Below, in pieces: positions 29,206 to 37,655 of a DNA stretch of 64,000 nt. Every line of letters begins with the position of its first letter. Positions within the stretch are counted from its first letter, which is position 1. A program made the translations under genes and the position numbers. The DNA comes from an uncultured delta proteobacterium (GTDB lineage Bacteria > Desulfobacterota > Binatia > Binatales > Binataceae). The notes under the pieces were generated by a model. It searched no databases and was not told where the DNA came from. It was given only the letters and a program-made list of their open reading frames with translations. The stretch spans positions 480,001 to 544,000 of the forward strand of contig CAVXXK010000003.1 in NCBI GenBank assembly GCA_963765675.1. Direction: 5' to 3'.

Positions 29206-29282
29206 TGTCCTCCAAGGTCCGGCATCTACGGCCGGGGTTCTTTACAATCTAAGCATCAATTGACGCCACGCCCGTTTGCGTT

Positions 29283-29298
29283 GGTCGCGGACGCGACA
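29283..29298. promoter_or_regulatory. Candidate Crp-family box upstream of the phasin-like gene
   Basis: GGTCG-N6-CGACA, one mismatch to TGTCG-N6-CGACA. Confidence 0.45.
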
Positions 29299-29318
29299 AT
29301 TTTGTTGGATTTTCTCCG

Positions 29319-30392
29319 TTAACTTACTGGTGCGTCGCGGTCAGTCAGCCATCCGCCGATCGCGGGCCACAAATTTTTCAGCGCGTCACTCGAAACGGCG
29401 GCGCCCATGTGGCCGGTCGGATAATGGAAATTTTGTTTATCCTGGCTGCCGATCAGATCGGGCAGCGCCTCGCTCGACTTGGGATTGACGATATCGTCGT
29501 TGTCGCCGATCACGTTCATCACCGAGGCGACGACTTTTTTCAGATCGACGGTCACGCCGCCGACTTTCATTGTCCCTTTCATCAGAGCGTTGTGGATTCC
29601 AAGATCATTGTTGGTCTCGAGGAAGATCTTTCCGGCAAATGCAACGTCGCTATGCAGCCATTTTTCGAACAGGCGAAACATATCCAGGTAGCCGCGGCGC
29701 GCGGTGCTGCGATGGGCGCCGACGAACTTGTCGATCAGGTGATGCGTCGGCGCGAGCGTGTTGAAGAACGAGAAGATCATCCACGGCGGGACGTTGCCGT
29801 AGGTATCGACCAGCATCTTCGCGCCGGTTTCGGATAGCATCCGTGACATGAAATCGATCGGCAGGTCGCGCGTGCTCATGTCGAGCGGCAGCGTCAGCGT
29901 GACCAGGTTTTTGACGTTCTGCGGATGCAGGGCGGCATAGAGCAGCGCGAGTAATCCGCCGAAGCAGTAGCCGATGATCGAGACCTTCTCGACCCCGCGA
30001 TGGATCTGCACCGCGCGCACCGCGTTGGCGATATCCTCGTCAACGTATTCGTGGAAGCCGCGATTCTTGTCGGCGGCGACCGGTGGAATCCAGTCGATCA
30101 TGTAAACGTCGAACCCCTGGCGCGTGAGATTCTCGACCACGCTGCGCCCTTGCATCAGATCGAGGATAAACGGTCGTTTGATCAGCGAATAAATCAGCAG
30201 GACCGGCGTGTGATGCGCCGTGCCGGCGGCAGCGTAGTGGCGCAGGCGGACCTTGCCGCCCTCGTAGATGACGGTATAGGGCGTTGCGGTCGGAGGGTCG
30301 TTGCTTGCCTGGCCGAAACCGGTCGTGAACGCGTCGAGGGTGCGCAACGCCCCTTCCATCCAGAAGCCGGCAATTGAACTAATTGCTGACAT
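29319..30392 (-). CDS. phaC: Class III/IV polyhydroxyalkanoate synthase subunit PhaC
   Basis: 357 aa; TP...IY, SLIKRPFILDL, GYCFGG lipase box (catalytic Cys), GDNDDIV (Asp) and TGHMG (His). Confidence 0.88.
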   Translation of the reverse strand: MSAISSIAGFWMEGALRTLDAFTTGFGQASNDPPTATPYTVIYEGGKVRLRHYAAAGTAHHTPVLLIYSLIKRPFILDLMQGRSVVENLTRQGFDVYMIDWIPPVAADKNRGFHEYVDEDIANAVRAVQIHRGVEKVSIIGYCFGGLLALLYAALHPQNVKNLVTLTLPLDMSTRDLPIDFMSRMLSETGAKMLVDTYGNVPPWMIFSFFNTLAPTHHLIDKFVGAHRSTARRGYLDMFRLFEKWLHSDVAFAGKIFLETNNDLGIHNALMKGTMKVGGVTVDLKKVVASVMNVIGDNDDIVNPKSSEALPDLIGSQDKQNFHYPTGHMGAAVSSDALKNLWPAIGGWLTDRDAPVS

Positions 30393-30990
30393 TGGCCTTC
30401 ATCTCGGCGATCTCGCGCCCTTTGGGCATCGCCATTCCGGTGTAGAGCGGACGCTGGAAGCGGCCCGCGGTTGACATGATCGCGGCTTCGACATCGAAAC
30501 GCGGGTTGTCGCGCAGCTCGCGCGGATGCACCGGGGTGGTGGTCTCGATAACGCGCGCGGCGCTGACCGCGCGTGCGTCGGCGAGGTCCGCGCGCAACGC
30601 GGTGACTTCCTCGCGCATCGCGGCGACATCGTTCGCGGTCGGCAGGCCGATCGCGGGCCACAGGTTGGCGAAGATCGCGTTCGACAGCGCGGCGTTCAGG
30701 CGCTGCGCCCTGACCGCAAATTCCATCGCTCCCGAGGCGACGCGGCCGAATGCGGAATTGGTATAGACGCGGCTGGTAGCGTCGTTGGCGACTTTGACGA
30801 TCGCGTCGTACGCTTTCCATCCCGCTTCGTTGAGCTCGCGCTCATCGGTGCGGGCGAGTAGGCGCATAGTTGCCGCAATCGGCAGGTCGATCATGATCGC
30901 TTCTGCGATATCGACGATGCTGCGCATCGCGGCGGGCATCGTTGCCGGCAGCGTCGTGGATGCGTCTTTAATCTGCGGCCTGGTGCTCAT
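30379..30990 (-). CDS. Short PhaE/PhaR-like PHA synthase partner subunit
   Basis: 203 aa, overlaps the phaC start, carries a GLPTANDVAAMREEVTALRADL coiled-coil motif resembling PhaE C-termini. Confidence 0.6.
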   Translation of the reverse strand: MSTRPQIKDASTTLPATMPAAMRSIVDIAEAIMIDLPIAATMRLLARTDERELNEAGWKAYDAIVKVANDATSRVYTNSAFGRVASGAMEFAVRAQRLNAALSNAIFANLWPAIGLPTANDVAAMREEVTALRADLADARAVSAARVIETTTPVHPRELRDNPRFDVEAAIMSTAGRFQRPLYTGMAMPKGREIAEMKANVSN

Positions 30991-31094
30991 CTGATAGATT
31001 CTCCCCGGAATGGTTCCTTCGGTGTTTGTCAACTTTCGGTTTCAGTAGAATATCTGATAATTCAGATAGTACAACCATTAGAGTTACTTAAGTT

Positions 31095-31161
31095 TGTCCG
31101 GTCTGCGACAAAACCATGAAATCTAATACGCAAATGCACGCGAACTGTCGCAACGGCGACA
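31095..31161. promoter_or_regulatory. Two Crp/CooA-type boxes in the divergent pha/crp promoter region
   Basis: TGTCC-N6-CGACA at 31095-31110 and a perfect TGTCG-N6-CGACA at 31146-31161. Confidence 0.65.
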
Positions 31162-31191
31162 ATTACCGACCTCGTGTGCTAGTTTTCGCCC

Positions 31192-31896
31192 GTGGCGCTG
31201 GAACATCCGCTTGACCCCAAGGCCCTGCATAAGCTCAAGAACTTCGCCTGGCTCGATGCCGGGCAGCTAACGATTCTGGCGGCAAATGCCGCTTCGATAC
31301 GCATCAAGCGCGGCGACAGTATCTTCTACGAGGGCGAGGCTTCGAGCCGCGTTTACGTGCTTATCTCCGGCGTTGCCAAGCTTTCTTTCCTTAAAGCCAA
31401 TGAACGCGTGCTGGTCGGACTGGTCGGTCCGGGCGAGGTCTTTGGCGCGTCTTCGCTGCTGCCCGAAACCACCCGCCCATTTCGATGCGACGCCTTCTCT
31501 GATTGCACGGTCGGTGCCATCAAGCCGCAGGTATTCGTCGAAACGGTGCTGGGAGTTCCACTCGAGGGTCTGTCGCGCACTCTGGAGATGACGGTCGGAC
31601 GATGGTGGTCGATGCTGCTGCGGTACGCGAACTTCGTCGGACTGGGATTGCGCGAGCGGTTGGCGGGCGCGCTGCTCGAGCTCGCGACCAAGTTCGGAGT
31701 GCGCGACTCGCGCGGGACGCTCTTGACGCTCAAGCTGACGCACGCCGACCTGGCGGAGCTGGTGGGCGCGTCGCGCCAGCGAATAACCGAACAGCTGATC
31801 GAGTTCGAGCGTGACGGAATTATTCTGCGCGAGGGTCGGCGATTGATTATCGTGCCCGAGAAGCTGTATCAGATCGCTCAGTCGCAGAACGCATGA
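31192..31896 (+). CDS. Crp/Fnr family transcriptional regulator
   Basis: cNMP-like domain (IFYEGE, GEVFG) and HTH LTHADLAELVGASRQRITEQL. Confidence 0.93.
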   Translation: MALEHPLDPKALHKLKNFAWLDAGQLTILAANAASIRIKRGDSIFYEGEASSRVYVLISGVAKLSFLKANERVLVGLVGPGEVFGASSLLPETTRPFRCDAFSDCTVGAIKPQVFVETVLGVPLEGLSRTLEMTVGRWWSMLLRYANFVGLGLRERLAGALLELATKFGVRDSRGTLLTLKLTHADLAELVGASRQRITEQLIEFERDGIILREGRRLIIVPEKLYQIAQSQNA

Positions 31897-31924
31897 AGCT
31901 GCGAATCTTTTGAGGTAGCAAGCG

Positions 31925-32782
31925 ATGGCAAACCCGGCGGCGCAGGTTAATCCGGCCGATAAATTTATCGAGGTCAAGGGGCTGCGGCTGCATTATCTCG
32001 ATTTCGGCGGCGACGGCCGCCCGTGGCTGGTATGCATTCACGGCCTCTCGGGCAACGCGCACAACTTCGATCAGATCGCTCCACGCCTGGCGCAGCGGTA
32101 TCACGTGCTCTCAGTCGATGTGCGCGGACGCGGCGACAGCGCGTGGGGTCCGCCGACCGAGTATCTGCCGAAGAATTACGTCGAGGACCTGGCGGCGATC
32201 CTCGAGCGACTGGGAATCGCGCGCGTCACGCTGGTCGGCACCTCGATGGGCGGGATCATCTCGATGATGTACGCAGGAGGATGGCCGGAGCGGGTCGAGC
32301 GGCTGGTGCTGAACGATATTGGGCCGGACATCGACCCGGCGGGCGCCGCGCGAATCGGTGCCTACATGGGCGTCGCGCCGGAACGCTTCAACGACATCGG
32401 CGAGGTGGCGGAATACTATCGCAAGACCTATCCAACAAACGCCAAGGTGCCGGAAGCGGAGCTGCGGGAGTCGGTAAAGTGGTCGGTCAAGCCTCTGGAC
32501 GGCGGCGGACTGGGATGGAAGATCGATCCGACGATTCGGCGTCCAATACGCGGCGCGACGGCACAGCAACGCCCTGATCTCTGGGTGCCGTTTGCACGCA
32601 TCACCTGCCCGGTCCTGGTGATCCGCGGCGCCGACAGCGACATCCTGTCGCAGCGCACAGCGGCCCAGATGAGCACGACCCACACGGGAGTAACGATCGT
32701 CGAAGTTCCGGGCGTAGGTCACGCGCCGTCACTCGCCGAGCCGGAGGCATCCTCGGCGCTCGCAAAATTCCTCGCGCTGTAG
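31925..32782 (+). CDS. Alpha/beta hydrolase
   Basis: IHGL, DVRGRGDS, GTSMGG, RGADSD and VGHAP motifs. Confidence 0.9.
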   Translation: MANPAAQVNPADKFIEVKGLRLHYLDFGGDGRPWLVCIHGLSGNAHNFDQIAPRLAQRYHVLSVDVRGRGDSAWGPPTEYLPKNYVEDLAAILERLGIARVTLVGTSMGGIISMMYAGGWPERVERLVLNDIGPDIDPAGAARIGAYMGVAPERFNDIGEVAEYYRKTYPTNAKVPEAELRESVKWSVKPLDGGGLGWKIDPTIRRPIRGATAQQRPDLWVPFARITCPVLVIRGADSDILSQRTAAQMSTTHTGVTIVEVPGVGHAPSLAEPEASSALAKFLAL

Positions 32783-32928
32783 CGCCTGGCGAGTATTTTC
32801 GCTCGAAAAATAAATTTTGCGTGGTAACTATATTGATCTAAGTTCAGATGTAGTTTGACACCGGGCAGCGGAGTCCGGCCGGAAAGCGATTGGCGCGGGT
32901 TGAAATGTCAACTCACGGGAGGTGCGCG

Positions 32929-34275
32929 ATGCCTGCAAGAGCTTTCAACCTGTCCGCGAGGGTATTCATCGCGACAGCCACCGGCATAGCGGCAATCGCG
33001 ATCGCTGCCGGGAATGTGGCGCGGGCCACGATGCCGCCGCCGAAACCGGGAGCGTCGGCCGAACCCAAATCGGCAGACCAGACCGGCTTTCCCGCCCTGC
33101 TCTATCAATGGAGCTCGCCGGCCGATAATCCGCAAAGCGCGGCCAAAGTCGCACTGGGCAAGGATCTGTTTTTCGACCCGCGGATCTCGGTGGACAACAC
33201 GGTCGCGTGCGCCAACTGCCACGACCCTGACAAGGGTTTCACCGATCAGTTGCCAACCGCGATGGGCGTGCATGGCAAGTTCGGCCAGCGCAACGCGCCC
33301 ACCGTCCTCGATGCGATGTTCAATATCGAGCAGTTCTGGGACGGGCGCGCGCCGACGCTGGAAGATCAGGCCGGGCAACCGATCCTGAATCCGATCGAGA
33401 TGGGGAACCCGGATCAGCAAACCGTAGTGAACAAGCTCAATTCGATTCCTGACTACCGACAAGGTTTTCAGCAGGTTTTCGGCGCGGCGCCCAGCTACGT
33501 GAACATGGAGCGCGCGATCGCCGCGTACGAGCGCACGCAAATCGCCTTCGACTCGCCGTTCGATCACTTCATGGCGGGAGACGCGAGCGCACTCACCGCG
33601 CAGCAACAGCGCGGATGGGCGATCTTCAACGGGCAGGGACGCTGCATGTCGTGCCACGGATGGAATCCGACCCGGCCAACCTTCACCGACGATCGCTTTC
33701 ACAATATCGGCGTGTCGGCGCACGACGCGCAGTTCGTTCCGCACGCGCGCGAGGCGCTCGCACTGCTTGCCAGCGGTGGCGGAGGCGTGCAGCAGATCGA
33801 TCGGCTCGCGATCTCGACCGACATGAGCCAGCTCGGACGCTTCCTGGTGACCAAACAGCCGCACGATATCGGCTCTTTCAGGACCATGGACCTGCGCAAT
33901 CTGTACGTCACCGAGCCGTACTTCCACGATGGATCGCAGAAGACGATCTGGGACACGCTCGATCACTACAACAAGGGCGGCGTACCCAATCCGTTCCTCG
34001 ACGGCGGGATCACGCCGCTCGGCCTCAGCGAAAAGCAGGAGGACGACCTCGCGGCGTTCCTGCTCTCGCTCACCAGCAAGAGCTACATGGAGCAAGCCAA
34101 GGCCGAGTACGAGCGCCAATTCAAAGAGTCGAGGACCACACGGCCGCAGCGCGACACCGCCGCGGCGATGGGACAGATCGGACGCGACGGTCCGGGCTTC
34201 GCGGGGCCATTTGGGGATATCGGACCGGGCGAGGCCGCGATGCAGGAAAGTCCCGCGCAGCTTGGCGGAGACTGA
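32929..34275 (+). CDS. Di-heme bCcP/MauG superfamily enzyme, exported
   Basis: Signal peptide, CANCH and CMSCH heme motifs, RNAPT, QFWDGR, Q..P..NP.EM, PYFHDG and DHYNKGG; GGAGG RBS. Confidence 0.92.
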   Translation: MPARAFNLSARVFIATATGIAAIAIAAGNVARATMPPPKPGASAEPKSADQTGFPALLYQWSSPADNPQSAAKVALGKDLFFDPRISVDNTVACANCHDPDKGFTDQLPTAMGVHGKFGQRNAPTVLDAMFNIEQFWDGRAPTLEDQAGQPILNPIEMGNPDQQTVVNKLNSIPDYRQGFQQVFGAAPSYVNMERAIAAYERTQIAFDSPFDHFMAGDASALTAQQQRGWAIFNGQGRCMSCHGWNPTRPTFTDDRFHNIGVSAHDAQFVPHAREALALLASGGGGVQQIDRLAISTDMSQLGRFLVTKQPHDIGSFRTMDLRNLYVTEPYFHDGSQKTIWDTLDHYNKGGVPNPFLDGGITPLGLSEKQEDDLAAFLLSLTSKSYMEQAKAEYERQFKESRTTRPQRDTAAAMGQIGRDGPGFAGPFGDIGPGEAAMQESPAQLGGD

Positions 34276-34328
34276 GGGTACGCGAGTATCGCGCATTCGT
34301 CGTTTCATCGGCGGGAGAGGACAAGACC

Positions 34329-35477
34329 ATGGCAATCCGGCACAAGAGTATCGAGACAAAATTTTACGAAGATCGCGAGCGCGTGATGAAGGCGCTGCGC
34401 AACTGCGACCGGCGCACGTTCCTGAAAATCACCGCCGCAACGATGGGCGCGGTGATGGCCAAGGGCCTGATGCCACCGCATACGTTCCAGCTGGTCGAGG
34501 TCGCCAACGCCGCCGTCACAAAAGGATGGGACAGTGCCGGCGCGCAGGGCGCCCTGCCCTTTCGCTTCGCGTATATCTCGGACGCGCACCTATACGAGCG
34601 GACGCTCAATCAGCGCTTCGTGCGCGCGATCGTCAAGGCGGTCGATGACGTCAACGCGCTCGATCCGCAACCCGACTTCGTACTCTACGGCGGCGACCTG
34701 GCGCAGCTCGGCAGCGCGGCGCAGCTCGAACTCGGCAAGCAAATCTTGAGCGGTCTCAAGGCGCCGGTGAAGATGATGGTCGGCGAGCATGACTGGTTCC
34801 TCGACCTGGGCGTGAAGTGGCAGGAGCTGTTCGGGCCGCCGACTTACTCGTTTGACTGGAAGGGGGTGCACGTCGTGGTCCTGCAGAGCGTGTACGAGAA
34901 CGATTTCTGGACCGCGCGCAAGATGACGCCGGAAGAGCGGATGCAGACCGTCGCCGGTCTTGACAACGGAATCCAGGGGCGCTTCCAGGTCGGCGCGGCG
35001 CAGCGCGAATGGCTCAAGAAAAATCTGGCGAACGTTCCCGTCACCACGCCGATTCTCGTGTTCTCGCACTCGCCGCTCTACAAATATTATCGCAACTGGA
35101 ATTTCTGGACCGAAGACGCCGACCAGGTGCAGGCGATCCTGAAGCCGTACAACAAGGTCACCGTGATCCATGGGCATACGCATCAGATGTTGTTCAATCA
35201 GATCGGAAACATCAGCTTCTACGGGATGCTCTCGACGGCGTGGCCGTGGCCCTACGCACCGGAGGGGTTGCCGCCGCTGACGATCCAGATGAACCGCGCC
35301 GATCCGTTCGATCAGTTCGACGGATGCGGCGACGGCCAGTTCGACGCGCGCGCCGACGGCCTGGTCGATACCATCTACAATTTGTGGGATCGCAATCCGG
35401 TCACGGTGAAGGCGAGTTACCTGACCTCGGGCGGCAAGGTTGATCGTCCGCCCGCGCCGCAGTTTGCGAGCTACTGA
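34329..35477 (+). CDS. Tat-exported calcineurin-like metallophosphoesterase
   Basis: DRRTFLK twin-arginine motif; SDAH, GGDL, GEHD, FSH and HGHTH metal-binding motifs. Confidence 0.9.
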   Translation: MAIRHKSIETKFYEDRERVMKALRNCDRRTFLKITAATMGAVMAKGLMPPHTFQLVEVANAAVTKGWDSAGAQGALPFRFAYISDAHLYERTLNQRFVRAIVKAVDDVNALDPQPDFVLYGGDLAQLGSAAQLELGKQILSGLKAPVKMMVGEHDWFLDLGVKWQELFGPPTYSFDWKGVHVVVLQSVYENDFWTARKMTPEERMQTVAGLDNGIQGRFQVGAAQREWLKKNLANVPVTTPILVFSHSPLYKYYRNWNFWTEDADQVQAILKPYNKVTVIHGHTHQMLFNQIGNISFYGMLSTAWPWPYAPEGLPPLTIQMNRADPFDQFDGCGDGQFDARADGLVDTIYNLWDRNPVTVKASYLTSGGKVDRPPAPQFASY

Positions 35478-35483
35478 GAGGGG

Positions 35484-36269
35484 ATGATGAAAGCTCAATC
35501 CAAACTGATTACTACTGCGATACTCAGTGCGCTTGCTGGCGGCGTGATAATCGGCGCATGGACAATTTATCCTCACACTCGCGCGGCTTACGCGCAATCT
35601 GCGCCGACTCATTCAGTGCCACAGGCGACGGCGGGCGGCATCGTCGTCGAGTTATGCGACGGGGTGACTCACACAGAGGTTACCGGCCTCAAGCCCGGGC
35701 AGCCGATGTCACATGCGCAGGCGCTCGCCGTCACCGGCAAGCTGATGGCCGAGTGGCAGCGAAAGCATCCGGACGAGAAATGGCAGATGGCGCAAGCGGG
35801 CGACCAGCCGGCGCCCGGCACGGCGGAGCCCGCGGCGTCTGCCTCCGGCAACGCGTCAAAGAATATCGGCGGCCCCGGGGCGGCGGAACAAGGCGCCAAG
35901 CTCAAGAGCCAGCAGGGCGATACCTACGCGAGCTTTCACGATCGCGATTATAAAGTGTGGAAGGCCGAGACCGACGCCTTCGTCGCGCGCGGCAGTGAGA
36001 TATTCCATTCCAGCAAGTTGCTCGGCAGCACCATCGGCGTGAGCTGCGACATGTGCCATCCCAACGCCGCGAATACTCATCCCGAGACCTACCCGAAGTA
36101 CCAGGAGCAGCTACAAAAAGTCGCGCTGCTGCGCGACATGATCGACTGGTGCATCGAGAATCCGGTCAAGGGCAAGACGCTCGACCCCAACGACCCGAAT
36201 CTGCGCGCGCTCGAAGCGTACATCCTTGCGTCGCGCAAAGGCGTGCCGCTCGACTATGGCAAGCACTGA
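35484..36269 (+). CDS. Exported monoheme c-type cytochrome with a SoxA/TsdA-like domain
   Basis: N-terminal hydrophobic segment, single CDMCH, and a YPKY...LRDMIDWCIENPVKG...LRALEAYI pattern like SoxA/TsdA heme domains. Confidence 0.8.
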   Translation: MMKAQSKLITTAILSALAGGVIIGAWTIYPHTRAAYAQSAPTHSVPQATAGGIVVELCDGVTHTEVTGLKPGQPMSHAQALAVTGKLMAEWQRKHPDEKWQMAQAGDQPAPGTAEPAASASGNASKNIGGPGAAEQGAKLKSQQGDTYASFHDRDYKVWKAETDAFVARGSEIFHSSKLLGSTIGVSCDMCHPNAANTHPETYPKYQEQLQKVALLRDMIDWCIENPVKGKTLDPNDPNLRALEAYILASRKGVPLDYGKH

Positions 36270-36290
36270 TCCCGAGTTGACCTCGATACC

Positions 36291-37640
36291 CTATTCCCGC
36301 CGATGGATGCGGCCGTATCGGAACCATTCGATTTCGCCGTCGCGGTTGCGCAGAAATTCGGCTTGCGCGCCGATGAACGGCGGATCGATCGCAGCGACAC
36401 GATCGAGCGCAGTGAACTTGAGCCGCGTCGGCGGGGGCGGCGGTCCTGCCGGCGCGTCGCGCGTCGGAAAGCCGCCGTGGGGAGTGACCTGCATCACCAG
36501 GTGACCGTCGGCAACTTTGAGCTCGACCGCATCGAGAACGGAGTCATAGCGGCCGGCGTATTCGGCAAGCTCAGCCTCCGGTTTCTCGATCGGCGCCGGG
36601 ACCTGAATCTTCGCGTCCAGGAATAGTTCGAGCGCGAGCTTGGTCGTTTCGTTAATCACCAAGGTGCCGCTCCCGGCATTGGTCAGCATCACGAGCGCGA
36701 ATTTACGCTCGGGCGCGATCATGAAGGCCGAGAGCTGGCCGAGCGTTCCGCCGCCGTGAAGCACGAGACGGACGCCGCCCATCTCCTGGATCATCCACGA
36801 CAATCCCATTTTCGTGTCGAGCGCGCCGTCACACACCGGTGTCTGCATCGCCGCCATCGTCTCGGGCGCGAGCACGCGAGTGCCGTCGTCCGCAGTGCCG
36901 TCGCCGAGATGGAACCGCGCGTAGCGAAGCTGGTCCTTCGCCGACGCCGCAATCCCTCCTGCCGGCCACGCCGATCGCGGTATCGGCCAGGGCCTCAGTA
37001 CATATGCCTTGTCCTTGACGACCGCATGGCCGACCGCGAACCGCTTGAGCATCACGAATGAGGGAAAGAAATACGAGCGGTTGAGTCCGAGCGGCTTCAG
37101 CACCAGCTCCAGCATCGCCGCTTCATAGGTCTTGCCAGTCACAGCGGCGATTACGTGTCCCGCCAGAGAGAACGCGGAGTTGTTGTAGGACCATACCGCG
37201 CCCAGCGGCGTGAGCTGAGGAAGCTCCGCCATCTTGCGCACGTAAATCGCAAGCGCGTCGTCGCCATCGCCCGTGTCGTCGAAGAAATCGCCGACCCATC
37301 CGCCGACGTGGGTCAGCAGATGCCGGGTGGTCGCGCGCGCGGTGACTTCCGGATCGCGCACCTCGAAATCGGGCAGGTAGGTGCGAATCGGTTCGTCGAG
37401 ATCGAGCTTGCCCATCTCGACCAGCCGCATGATCGCGGTCGCGGTAAAGGTCTTGGTGGTCGAGCCGATTTGGAACAGCGTGTCGGCATCGACCGGCAGC
37501 GGATTATCGACGCTGGTAACGCCAAGCCCCGCGCTGAATTCCTGCCCGTCCGCGATTACTCCGATCGCGCATCCCGGCAGGAAGTTGCGCTTCATCGAGT
37601 CGGTGGCTCCCGCGACGAGCGCGTCGAATTTTTCCTGCAT
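36291..37640 (-). CDS. Serine hydrolase (beta-lactamase class C-like)
   Basis: STTK (SxxK), LLTH, YNN and HGG motifs. Confidence 0.92.
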   Translation of the reverse strand: MQEKFDALVAGATDSMKRNFLPGCAIGVIADGQEFSAGLGVTSVDNPLPVDADTLFQIGSTTKTFTATAIMRLVEMGKLDLDEPIRTYLPDFEVRDPEVTARATTRHLLTHVGGWVGDFFDDTGDGDDALAIYVRKMAELPQLTPLGAVWSYNNSAFSLAGHVIAAVTGKTYEAAMLELVLKPLGLNRSYFFPSFVMLKRFAVGHAVVKDKAYVLRPWPIPRSAWPAGGIAASAKDQLRYARFHLGDGTADDGTRVLAPETMAAMQTPVCDGALDTKMGLSWMIQEMGGVRLVLHGGGTLGQLSAFMIAPERKFALVMLTNAGSGTLVINETTKLALELFLDAKIQVPAPIEKPEAELAEYAGRYDSVLDAVELKVADGHLVMQVTPHGGFPTRDAPAGPPPPPTRLKFTALDRVAAIDPPFIGAQAEFLRNRDGEIEWFRYGRIHRRE

Positions 37641-37655
37641 CCTGCGACCTGCGTT

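Noticed and set aside
33615-34328. 620-aa ORF suggesting a long N-terminal extension or a fusion with the peroxidase
   Set aside because: The extension overlaps the di-heme gene out of frame and is Arg-rich and non-protein-like; the real start is ATG 34329 with an RBS and Tat motif.
36291-37640. Antibiotic-resistance beta-lactamase
   Set aside because: No signal peptide; the motifs fit a generic cytoplasmic serine hydrolase.
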